64,000 nt of DNA from Phycisphaerales bacterium. GTDB taxonomy: Bacteria; Planctomycetota; Phycisphaerae; Phycisphaerales; SM1A02. How positions within the stretch are numbered: the stretch's first letter is position 1; every line of letters starts with the position of its first letter. Positions 9,908 through 21,042 of the stretch are shown piece after piece. The stretch lies in contig JASMLR010000001.1 of assembly GCA_030748575.1 (NCBI GenBank), forward strand, positions 133,900-197,899, read 5' to 3'. The notes under the pieces were generated by a model. The model ran no database searches. It was not told the DNA's origin and worked only from the letters and a program-made list of their open reading frames with translations. Made by a program: the position numbers and the translations under genes.

Positions 9908-9943
9908 CGCGTCCCGACCACCCAGCGGAGTTCACTAGATCGG

Positions 9944-10858
9944 ATGATTCGGGCGAGTCACATGACCCGGTGTTTTGGGACGGTGAAAGCCGTCGATGAC
10001 GTCTCGTTCGAGATCGAACGGGGCCGGGTCGCTGGTTTTCTCGGTCCAAACGGGGCGGGCAAGACGACCAGCATGCGGATGCTCGCCGGCGTCCTGCCGC
10101 CGACCTCGGGCCGGGCCTTCATCGGCGGCCACGATGTCATGGAGCAGCCCAGGGCCGCCCATGCAAGCCTGGGGTGGTTGCCGGAAGGGGCCCCGGCGTG
10201 CGATGAACTCCGGGTGGAGGAATATGTCCGGTACCGAGGGGCGCTGGCGGGTGGCGTCCCGCGGCGGCGGTACGCCGAGTTGCTGGCTCGGTGTGATCTG
10301 ATGGACGTGCGGCGGCGGCTGGTCGGCCAACTCTCTCGCGGATATCGCCAGCGGGTGGCCCTCGCCGCGGCCCTGGTTGGGGACCCGGCTGCCTTGATTC
10401 TCGACGAGCCTTCGACCGGGCTGGATCCGGTGCAGCAGCGAGCGTTCCGGCGGCTCGTGCGGGAACTTGCGGAGGACCGCGCCATCCTCTTCTCGACCCA
10501 CCAGGTCGGCGATGCGCTGGCCGTCTGCGATGACCTGCTGGTAATCGTGGGCGGTTCGCTGAAGGCGGCGGGCGACCTGGCGTCCCTTCGAGGCGCGGCC
10601 GGACGGCGGAGGGTCGTCCTGGAAGCAGCCGGTGTCGATCTCGCCGCAACGCTCGGCGCGATGTCCCAGGTGCACGACCTGGAGGTGCAGGCGACCGAGG
10701 GCGACTGGCACCGGGCCGTGTGTACGCTCAAAGACGACGTCCGCGATGACCTCGTTGCCGCCATCATGCAGGCCGGCGGGAGGCTTCGCCTGCTGAGAGA
10801 CGCCGAGGGATCACTTGAACAGTGGTTGCACGGGCTGCTTGAAGGCGGGTCGGCATGA
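9944..10858 (+). CDS. ABC transporter ATP-binding protein (ABC-2 / GldA-like)
   Basis: It has Walker A GPNGAGKTT, signature LSRGYRQR and Walker B LILDEPSTGLD. The stop overlaps the next ATG (ATGA at 10855-10858). Confidence 0.9.
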   Translation: MIRASHMTRCFGTVKAVDDVSFEIERGRVAGFLGPNGAGKTTSMRMLAGVLPPTSGRAFIGGHDVMEQPRAAHASLGWLPEGAPACDELRVEEYVRYRGALAGGVPRRRYAELLARCDLMDVRRRLVGQLSRGYRQRVALAAALVGDPAALILDEPSTGLDPVQQRAFRRLVRELAEDRAILFSTHQVGDALAVCDDLLVIVGGSLKAAGDLASLRGAAGRRRVVLEAAGVDLAATLGAMSQVHDLEVQATEGDWHRAVCTLKDDVRDDLVAAIMQAGGRLRLLRDAEGSLEQWLHGLLEGGSA

Positions 10859-13542
10859 GGCGGACGCTCGTCATTGCATGGCGGGAGCTCAAGGCGTTCT
10901 TCCTGAGCCCGGCCGGCTGGATCGTGCCCGCGCTCTTCCTGTTCAGCTCCGGCCTCGTCTTCATGCAGGCGGTGTTCCACGCAGGGCATCCGGCCAGCCT
11001 CCGAGCCGTCATGGGCTTCAACGCCATCTTTCTGCTCGTGGCCGCCCCGGCGATCGTGATGGGCAGCGTGTGCGAGGCGCGGCGGCGGGGGACGCTGGCG
11101 CTCCTTCAGGCCAGCCCTGCCCGGAGTTGGGAGATCATGCTTGGCATGTGGCTGGGGGGCGTTGGTGTGATGGTCGCGCTGCTTGCGCCGACCCTCCTGC
11201 AGGTGCTCGCGCTGGAGTGGTACGGCCGGCCGGATCTGGGGGCGATCGCCTGCGGTTACCTCGGCCTGCTGCTCCTTGGCGGCGCCGTGCTGGCGTCCGG
11301 ACTGCTGGCCTCGGCGCTGGTTGGAAGCCAGGCCGTGGCCTTTCTGGTCACCTGTATCGGCTGGGTGCTCGTGTCGGTGGTTCTTGAGGTTGGCCTTCCG
11401 AAGGTGACGCCTCCGACGTGGCACGCGACGCTGGCGGGAATCGACCCGCTCCAGAGGCTGCAGGACTTCACCGTTGGTCTGCTCGACTCCGCGAACGTCA
11501 TCTACTTCGTGCTGATCCTGACGGCGTTTCTGGTCGCCGCCGCGGCTGCGATTCGGGTCGGATGCAGCAGGGCCGCCTCGTCGCTCGGTGTGCTGGGCAT
11601 GTTCGCGGTGGTCGTCGGACTGGCCTCGATCGCGGCGCATCCATCCCTCCGGGGGCATATCGACGCGACCAAATCGCGAGCCTATTCGCTCAGCCCGCAA
11701 ACGGCGGCCATGCTGGACGACATCGATGAGCCTTGGCGTATCGCGGTGCTGCTGGTCGAGGATCAGGCGGACCCGGCCATGCTGCGTCAGGTCGATGAGG
11801 TGCTTCACCGATTTGAGGCCGCGGCAGATTCCGTTCACGTCGAGCGCATCGATCCCACCGCGCCGGACTCGCTTGCTGCGTGGGAGTCGCTTCGCTCCGA
11901 TCTGCGAGATCGAGACGCGGCGGCAGCGGCGGCGTGGTCGGACGCGATTGCTGAGGGGACTTCAGCCTTGGAGTCCCTGATCTTCTTCGCCCGCCGCGCG
12001 GCAGGTCCGGTGCGAAGTGTTGCCGAGGGCGATGTGCTTGAGACGGGCGCTGCCACGCTCGCTGTGCTTGCGGCCCAGGGCGATCGCATCGTCACCAAAG
12101 TGGAGACGCTCATCACGACAGGGCCCGAGCGGCCACTCCCGGAGTGGTCGGCCGCGCGGTCCGTACTGGTGCAGGCGCTCACGCAGTGGGGGAGCGAGTT
12201 GGACGGGATCGCGCGGGCCCTGCTCGGGCGGGATGGCGACCTTCCGTCCACGGTCGGCGCCCGGGCCTTCCATCAGGAGGCGGCGAGGCTGTCGCTGGCC
12301 GCCGACACCCTTGCGAGGTTGGCGCCGCTGGCTTCGGCGGATCACGGGCGGCACCTGCTTGGGGGAGAGGCTGCTGTGATCATTGGCCCTGGCGGCTCAC
12401 GCGTCATCCCCGGGGCCCAACTGGTGCCCAACAGCATGGCGGCGGCCGGGTCAGGCCGTGTCGCCTTCGACCAGCGATTCCGCGGCGAGCAACTGATTGC
12501 AGCGGCCATGCGGTCGATCAAGGACGGACTTCGCCCACGCGTCGTCTTCATGCACGACGAGGAGACGTCCGTGGTGGCTCCGGGTCGCCCCGAGCGGGAC
12601 GTGTCGGGGGTGGCGTCGATGCTCGAGGCAGCAGGCTGGACCGTGCAGGAGTGGCAGCCCCACGTGACGCCATCTCCGGCCTCATGGTCGGCGGGGCCAA
12701 CCGCCTGGGTCGTTCTGCCATCGGTCGGTCGAGGACGGCTGGAGGCTCGGGCGAGTGAGTCGGCGCTGCTCCGCGCGGCGCACGAACTTCTGGCCAGCGG
12801 TCAGGGCGTGATGATCAACCTGTTTCCGAGCCCGGGCGTCGAACTGGGCCAGGCCGACCCGTGGGCGGCACTGGCAGCGTCGGTGGGCGTGCAGGCGGAT
12901 ACGGGCAGCGTGCTGCTGCGGGACGTCTCGCCACCGGGCGTCGCCGCCCCGCCCGAAGCAGCCATCGAGTTGACGGACTTCCCGGCCTCGCACCCGGTGG
13001 CCGCCGCGTTGCACGGCCAGTCGCTGCTGCTGCCGATGGCCGTGCCGCTGGTTCCGCCTGGCGATGAAGCGGCCCTTGGCTCGATGCCGCCGGCCGGTGA
13101 TGTCTGGCTCGAACCGCACTGGCAGCCTCTGGTGTCGGTGGATCGTCGTATGCGGCGGCGGACGCCGCAGTTTGATTCCGAGGCCGTACCGGACCGCGCG
13201 GTCCCCTTGCTCGCAGCACGATCGCTTCCGAGCGGTGCTCGAGCGATCGTCGTCGGCAGTGGCGGTTGGATGCGGACGGGCATCGCGGACGCTGCGGCCT
13301 CAGCGGGCGGCGATCGCGTATCGCTTGTGCATCCGGGGAACCATGAACTCATGCTGGCCGGCACGGCGTGGCTTGCCGGGCTGGATGACCGTATTGCGCG
13401 GGGCGCCCTCAGTCAGGAAGTGGCCAGGCTCGGGAGCGTTCCGGCGGGATCGCGGACGATCTGGGGCTGGGTGCTGCTGGCCGGCCTGCCAGGGGTGTCG
13501 CTGCTGCTCGGGTTGGGCATCTGGTCATGGAGGCGGACCTGA
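10855..13542 (+). CDS. fused ABC-2 permease (GldF-like) and GldG-like auxiliary domain protein
   Basis: The 895-aa protein has about 240 aa of multi-TM permease, then a large extracytoplasmic domain, then a C-terminal TM anchor (IWGWVLLAGLPGVSLLLGLGIW). This is the GldF+GldG architecture. Confidence 0.7.
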   Translation: MRRTLVIAWRELKAFFLSPAGWIVPALFLFSSGLVFMQAVFHAGHPASLRAVMGFNAIFLLVAAPAIVMGSVCEARRRGTLALLQASPARSWEIMLGMWLGGVGVMVALLAPTLLQVLALEWYGRPDLGAIACGYLGLLLLGGAVLASGLLASALVGSQAVAFLVTCIGWVLVSVVLEVGLPKVTPPTWHATLAGIDPLQRLQDFTVGLLDSANVIYFVLILTAFLVAAAAAIRVGCSRAASSLGVLGMFAVVVGLASIAAHPSLRGHIDATKSRAYSLSPQTAAMLDDIDEPWRIAVLLVEDQADPAMLRQVDEVLHRFEAAADSVHVERIDPTAPDSLAAWESLRSDLRDRDAAAAAAWSDAIAEGTSALESLIFFARRAAGPVRSVAEGDVLETGAATLAVLAAQGDRIVTKVETLITTGPERPLPEWSAARSVLVQALTQWGSELDGIARALLGRDGDLPSTVGARAFHQEAARLSLAADTLARLAPLASADHGRHLLGGEAAVIIGPGGSRVIPGAQLVPNSMAAAGSGRVAFDQRFRGEQLIAAAMRSIKDGLRPRVVFMHDEETSVVAPGRPERDVSGVASMLEAAGWTVQEWQPHVTPSPASWSAGPTAWVVLPSVGRGRLEARASESALLRAAHELLASGQGVMINLFPSPGVELGQADPWAALAASVGVQADTGSVLLRDVSPPGVAAPPEAAIELTDFPASHPVAAALHGQSLLLPMAVPLVPPGDEAALGSMPPAGDVWLEPHWQPLVSVDRRMRRRTPQFDSEAVPDRAVPLLAARSLPSGARAIVVGSGGWMRTGIADAAASAGGDRVSLVHPGNHELMLAGTAWLAGLDDRIARGALSQEVARLGSVPAGSRTIWGWVLLAGLPGVSLLLGLGIWSWRRT

Positions 13543-14882
13543 TGCGGTGGATGGCGGTGGTCATGGTCTGGTTGCTGGCGGCCCTGAGTCTCGGGGTGTC
13601 CTGGCTGCTGCACGCCGACGATGCATCGCCGGTCGGCGTTGCGACGGTCGCGTCGGCCGCGCCGATCGAGGACCTTGACCGGATTGAGTTGACCGCCGAC
13701 GGCGCCGCGTGGTCGTATGCGCGGGACGCGGATGGGTGGTGGCAAGTCCGGCCGTTCAGGCACCGCATGCACGCAGACCTGCTCATGGCCCTCCCCGATG
13801 CCATGCAGTCTCTGGAAGTGCTTGAAGTGCTGCCGGCTGGGGATCCGCGGCTCCCGTCGCCGTCGTCGCTCGGGCTGGACCCACCAGTCGCCGTCATCAG
13901 CCTCCAGGGCACGCGGGGCGGCGAACGGGCGGAACGCACGCTCCATCTCGGTCGATGGGGAATGGCAGGCCGGGCCTGGGCAGCAGACCCGGACTCGGGG
14001 CAGGTCATGGTTGTGGATGGTGCGCTTCACGCGCTGTTGAACGACGAGCCGCCGGAAGGGTGGAGGGACCTTCGGTTGTTCCCGGATCTGACGGTAGACG
14101 CCGATGCGGTGTCCAGAACCGTCTCGGGTGAGACGCTGACGCTGGAGCGGGACGGGAGAACGTGGCGCATCACGGCGCCGCTGGTGACCCGGGCCGACGC
14201 GCAGGCCGTCATGCAACACGTTTCGGAACTTGCCGGCACGCGGGCCTCGGCCGTGCTGCTGGACGAACCACCGGATCTGGCCGCCTTCGGGCTGGAGCCT
14301 CCACTTGCAAGCGTTCGGGTGACGTCGCAGGGCGGAACACGCACTGTCCGCGTGGGGGCTCGCCTTGGCGGCGCCAGCCAGGACCGCTATGGAATCGTCG
14401 ATGGCATTCCAAGCGTCCTTCAGGTTGACGCCTCGGACGTGACGCGACTGCTCGGCAACCCGACCATGTTGGTCGACCACATGGGAACAGATGTTGCTCG
14501 GCCGGATGTGGCCACCATCCGCGTGGTCACGGGCGATGGAGATGTTGCTGTCCATCGGGAAGGGGACCGATGGCGCACTTCGACGGGCGAAGACATCCCT
14601 TCCGGCAAGGTTGCGGCGCTTCTCGATGCGATGTTGTCCACCAGAGCCGAAGAGGTGGCGCTTCGAGAAACGTATCCCCGAGAGTTGGAGCAGGCGGTGA
14701 TCACGCTCATCGACGGCGACGGGGGGCCGCTGGATACGGTGCGGGTGCTTCGCGAGCCGGGGCCGCCTGTGGGGCGGCGGCGATGGGCGCTTGAGAACGG
14801 AGACAATGTGCTTCGGATTCTCCCCGAGGAGGCGGACGTGCCGTTTCAGTCGCTGCTTCCCGCTGCGCCGGAGACGCCATAG
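13542..14882 (+). CDS. DUF4340-like protein (usual partner of GldG-type ABC systems)
   Basis: ATG 13542 overlaps the upstream stop (TGATG); ATG 13527 is an alternative. It has an N-terminal TM anchor (WMAVVMVWLLAALSLGV). The position after a GldG-like gene is the main basis for the family call. Confidence 0.5.
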   Translation: MRWMAVVMVWLLAALSLGVSWLLHADDASPVGVATVASAAPIEDLDRIELTADGAAWSYARDADGWWQVRPFRHRMHADLLMALPDAMQSLEVLEVLPAGDPRLPSPSSLGLDPPVAVISLQGTRGGERAERTLHLGRWGMAGRAWAADPDSGQVMVVDGALHALLNDEPPEGWRDLRLFPDLTVDADAVSRTVSGETLTLERDGRTWRITAPLVTRADAQAVMQHVSELAGTRASAVLLDEPPDLAAFGLEPPLASVRVTSQGGTRTVRVGARLGGASQDRYGIVDGIPSVLQVDASDVTRLLGNPTMLVDHMGTDVARPDVATIRVVTGDGDVAVHREGDRWRTSTGEDIPSGKVAALLDAMLSTRAEEVALRETYPRELEQAVITLIDGDGGPLDTVRVLREPGPPVGRRRWALENGDNVLRILPEEADVPFQSLLPAAPETP

Positions 14883-15984
14883 CGGAGCAGGACGTCATCA
14901 CCGCGGTGGTGCACGGACCTCAGGTGAAGTGTGTCCGCGGATTCGATCCGCGCCGGCGCTCGCCCGGTCAACGGCGGAATCGCCTGAGGATCGCCAATCA
15001 ATCGGGGCGCCACAAAGACGGCAGCTTCGCAGATGAGCCCCTCGTCGAACAGACCGGTGAGCAGGCCCGGCCCGGCCTCCACGAGTATCGAGTGCATGCC
15101 GCGGGTGCGGGCGAGCAGCGTGAGCGTGCCGGTGAGGTCGATGCGGGGGCCGCAGGTCGGCCCTTCCACGACATCCACGCCGCGGGAGCGAAGGGCGTCG
15201 ACGTCCCGGCGATCCGCGCCTGGGCTGACGACCACGATCACCGGCGCTTCGTCGATGGATCGAATCAGCGCCGAATCCAGATCAAGTGCCGCATGGGGAT
15301 CGATGACGAGCCGGGCGGCGGTCCTTCGCCGTCGGACGCCCCGAGCGGTCAGCAGGGGATCGTCGGTTCGTACCGTGCCGATGCCGGTCAGGACACCGTC
15401 CACCCGGCCCCGCTCGCGGTGCACCAACCGTCTGCTTCTGGCGCCGGAGATCCACTTGCTGTCGCCGCTCCGCGTGGCGATGCGTCCATCGATGGTCTGG
15501 GCCCATTTGGCCGTGACCCAGGGAAGGCCCGTCCGCAGCAGCCGGGTAAAGGGTGCCGAGACGAGTCGGCAGGACTCCGATGGAACATGAGTGGCCTCAA
15601 TGCCTCGGGCACGCAGCGTCTCGGCGCCGCCCCCGGCAGCGGGGTGCGGGTCCGGGCAGCCGAAGCAGACTCGGGCCGGCGCCGCCTCTGTGATGGCATC
15701 AACGCAGGGCGGCGTGCGGCCGTGGTGGGTGCAGGGTTCGAGTGAGACGTAGAGCGTCGATCCACGCGCCGCCGGTCCAGCGGCTGCGAGCGCCGCGACT
15801 TCGGCGTGGGGACCACCGCATCGCGCGTGGTAGCCGCTGCCGACGGCTCGCCCGGACTCATCCACGATGATGCAGCCGACCATGGGGTTCGGCTCGGCGC
15901 CACCATGCCCGCGTACGGCCATCGCCGCAGCGCGATCGAGCCAGTATCGATCGACTGCGGCGGCGGTCGTAGGGGCTGCAATGC

Positions 15985-15988
<4 letters not shown>
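14846..15988 (-). CDS. ribD: bifunctional diaminohydroxyphosphoribosylaminopyrimidine deaminase / 5-amino-6-(5-phosphoribosylamino)uracil reductase
   Basis: It has the CDA zinc motifs HAEVAAL and [11 protein letters not shown] plus a C-terminal reductase domain. The start is taken as GTG 15988 because it gives the conserved N-terminus [12 protein letters not shown]. It overlaps the fusA stop (GTGA). Confidence 0.9.
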
Positions 15989-18099
<2,111 letters not shown>

Positions 18100-18424
18100 T
18101 GGACTGCTCGCTGAATTCCGGATGTTCCGGGGACTGTGAGGCGACCGCCTCTGAAAGGGGCAAACCGGACCGACATCGTGTCGGTGGCTTGATTGATTGG
18201 TGGGGCCCACCGCTGGGGGTGGGTGGAGTGCTGAGGCCCGGCATCACGCCGGACAGGGTCCTCAGCGTGGCCGGGCGTCGTCGTCCTCGTCGTTGGGCAT
18301 GGCGGGATCCTCCCGACGCGTTCCTGGCCTGAATGAAGCCGCCGGCCGCATCGGCCGGCGTCGAAGCCCGAATGGTATCGACAATCCGTCTTGATACCAA
18401 CACATTGGATGTGAAAAACCGCGG

Positions 18425-19399
18425 TCAGCAGGACCTGATGAGGTCGGATTCGAGGAGATCGGCCGTCTGAATGACAGGCTGCACCTCGGCGAGAAAGCGT
18501 CGTCCGTCCTCCACATACCCGGCGGTGGGCTTGAGTTCCGGCATGTGGGAGGCAAAGAAGCGGTTCAGGCGGATCATCATGAGTTCCCGCACATACTTGG
18601 CGGTCATCGATGCGAGCGCCACCGGCAGGTGGTCCGCGTCGGCTCCGGCGGAGAATGAAATGTCCAGCGGGCCCCGCCCTTCGAGCGTCAGTACGTAGCG
18701 GCTCTCCGTGTCGGTCTCCTGAAGAACCTGACGAGTGGCCTGAGGCCAGGCTGCGCGGAGGTCGTCGAGATATCGCGTGCGGCCACCGTGCCGATCGACC
18801 GCAAGTCGGAGCCGCCGACCGCTTGCGCGTCGCCAGCACGTCTCTGCAAGTGAAATCATCAACTCCCAATTCACAATGGCCTTGGACCCCGAAGCGGCCA
18901 CTCGCGCGTTGAACTCGCGGGCGGGTACCGCAGCGGCCGCGACGTGGCAGCACCGCACTGCTGCGGACTCCATCGCCCGAGCGAGGCGTGAGCGGTCGAT
19001 TCGGAACAGGCCGGTGTCCGATCCCAGCGGCAGCATGGTTGAAGAGTCGTACCACTTGCGGTTCGGAGGCTCGATGCCCATTGCGTTGAAGAACACGTCG
19101 TCGTTGAGATCGTCGATCCAGTCGCTCTGGCGATCTGCGACCGACGCGAACAGCAGGACGCCTCGCTCCAGATGCGTCAGGGGATGTTTGGAGGCGCCTG
19201 CGCCCTTGAGGTTCTTGGAGTCGTCGATCGCAATCCGGCCGCGACGCGTATCTCGCCGCGATCTTGCCACGACGGATCGGAGCGATCGCCACAGGCAGGG
19301 GAGATCCTCGGTGTCATCGATCTCGAAAACGGAGACGCCGGCGCACAGCGGCCCGAGCATGGGCCCGTAGCCGGCCTCGTCGATGCCTGCGTAGAGCAT
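18425..19399 (-). CDS. divergent, extended RNase HII-family protein
   Basis: RNase HII-like motifs appear in order: GIDEAGYGPMLGPL, IDDSKNLK, ADADHLPVALASMTAKYVRE. At 324 aa it is about 120 aa longer than canonical RnhB. Confidence 0.55.
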   Translation of the reverse strand: MLYAGIDEAGYGPMLGPLCAGVSVFEIDDTEDLPCLWRSLRSVVARSRRDTRRGRIAIDDSKNLKGAGASKHPLTHLERGVLLFASVADRQSDWIDDLNDDVFFNAMGIEPPNRKWYDSSTMLPLGSDTGLFRIDRSRLARAMESAAVRCCHVAAAAVPAREFNARVAASGSKAIVNWELMISLAETCWRRASGRRLRLAVDRHGGRTRYLDDLRAAWPQATRQVLQETDTESRYVLTLEGRGPLDISFSAGADADHLPVALASMTAKYVRELMMIRLNRFFASHMPELKPTAGYVEDGRRFLAEVQPVIQTADLLESDLIRSC

Positions 19400-19440
19400 G
19401 GCGGCTGATGGTAGCGATGGCAGAATTGCGGGAGGGGACT

Positions 19441-21042
19441 CTACCGGTAGCCCACAGCCTGGCCGTCTCGGCGACCGTCGCTGCCACCGCACCAGCACTG
19501 GGGGAGTCTGGCAATCGCCTGACCGCCCCCGAACGAGACGTCTCGGCTGGGTGCGATGACAACCTCATGGCCCCTGGCTCGAAGCGATTGAACCGTCGTC
19601 TCGGGCAGGTCGGGTTCCACCGCAACACGCCGCCCACCCTCCAGCCGCCATCGCGGCGCATCCAGCGCAGACTGGGGATCCCATCCGGACGCGGCGACAC
19701 GGGAGAGCACCTGCAGGTGCCCCTGTGGTTGCATTGGCCCACCCATCACACCAAACGCCATGTGGGGGCGGCCGCTGGCTGTGGTGAAGGCGGGAATGAT
19801 CGTGTGATAGGGCCGCTTGCCGCCCGCGATGTCGTTGGGATGCCCGGGCCGATCGATGAATCCCGCCCCGCGGTTTTGAAGTGCGATGCCGGTGCCGGGA
19901 ACGACGATGCCGCTGCCGAAGCCTTCATAGTTCGACTGGATGAAGGACACCGCGCGTCCCGCGGCGTCGCCGCAACACAGGTAGACCGTGCTGCTCCAGC
20001 CCGGGAGGTCGATGCGCCGGTCCATGGCACGGGCTGGGTTGATGGTCGCTGCGCCCTGGTCGAGTTGCTTCGATGAAATGCACTGCTTCGCCGCGTCGTC
20101 GATGTGATCGTGATCGGCTACGTGAGCCGCAGCATCGACGAAGCCAATCTTCATCGCTTCGATCTGAAGATGCAGGAGTTCGGGGTCGTCCGCATCGAAT
20201 CGTCCCGGGTCGCAGCGGTCCAGGATTCCCGCTGCCACCAGCGCCGCAAGGCCCTGAGCGTTTGGCGGGAGTTCATGGAGTTCAACGCCGCTGAATGAGA
20301 CGGACCACGGTTCGACCTCGATCACTTCGTGCTGGCGAAGATCGTCCAGAGACATGGCCCCGTTGTGCCGCTGCGCGTCGGCGATGATGGCGGCTGCAAG
20401 TTCGCCTTCGTAGACCGCACGGCCTTCGGACCGGGCGATCAACTCCAGCGTCCGCGCGTGATCGGGGAGGGTCCAGACCTCGCCGATGTCGGGCGTTCGT
20501 CCGTCCTTCGTAAAGGTCTCCTGCCACGCCTGGAACTCGCCAAATCGCGTGGCGGCCCGCGCCCACGCTCCGGCGCACTGGGGAGAGACCGGAAAGCCGT
20601 TTCGGGCCAGATCGATCGCGGGCTCAAGCAGCGTTTCAAATGGAAGCTCGCCGTGGGCACGCCACAACGCCGCCCATGCCGCGACGCACCCCGGAACCGT
20701 GACGGCGTCCCAGCCGAGGCGGGGGATGCCCTCGCGGCGGAGCCGGTCGACATCCAGGGCGGCCGGAGCGCGGCCGGACGCGTTGATCCCGTGCAGGGAG
20801 GCGCCATCCCACGTCAGGGCAAAGGCATCGCTGCCAAGCCCGTTGGCGGTGGGCTCCACCACGGTCAGTGCTGCTGCGGTTGCAACGGCCGCGTCGGCCG
20901 CGGTGCCGCCGCGGCGAAGCATGTCCAGGCCAACCTGCGCTGCCAGTGGCTGTCCTGTGGCTACCACATTCGCGGCGATGACCGGCATTCGGGCGCCGGG
21001 CAACGATCCGCTCGGGAGGGCGTGGCTGAACGTACAGGTCAC
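19441..21042 (-). CDS. ggt: gamma-glutamyltransferase family protein
   Basis: Motifs are VVATGQPLAAQVGLDMLRRGGTAADAAVA, an autoprocessing-Thr region WSSTVYLCCGD, and FGSGIVVPGTGIALQNRG. GTG 21042 overlaps the mnmA stop (GTGA) and gives a family-typical N-terminus. ATG 20988 is the conservative alternative. Confidence 0.85.
   Translation of the reverse strand: MTCTFSHALPSGSLPGARMPVIAANVVATGQPLAAQVGLDMLRRGGTAADAAVATAAALTVVEPTANGLGSDAFALTWDGASLHGINASGRAPAALDVDRLRREGIPRLGWDAVTVPGCVAAWAALWRAHGELPFETLLEPAIDLARNGFPVSPQCAGAWARAATRFGEFQAWQETFTKDGRTPDIGEVWTLPDHARTLELIARSEGRAVYEGELAAAIIADAQRHNGAMSLDDLRQHEVIEVEPWSVSFSGVELHELPPNAQGLAALVAAGILDRCDPGRFDADDPELLHLQIEAMKIGFVDAAAHVADHDHIDDAAKQCISSKQLDQGAATINPARAMDRRIDLPGWSSTVYLCCGDAAGRAVSFIQSNYEGFGSGIVVPGTGIALQNRGAGFIDRPGHPNDIAGGKRPYHTIIPAFTTASGRPHMAFGVMGGPMQPQGHLQVLSRVAASGWDPQSALDAPRWRLEGGRRVAVEPDLPETTVQSLRARGHEVVIAPSRDVSFGGGQAIARLPQCWCGGSDGRRDGQAVGYR

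Noticed and set aside
8613-9938. 441-aa plus-strand ORF covering the whole GAF-receiver gene
   Set aside because: It is antisense to a gene with clear receiver and GAF motifs. The product is Arg/His/Gly-rich with no recognisable motif, which is typical of a high-GC shadow ORF.
9958-11838. 626-aa minus-strand ORF across the ABC ATPase and permease genes
   Set aside because: It is antisense to genes with Walker A/B and signature motifs. Its composition is dominated by Arg, Pro, His and Gln, with no domain signature.
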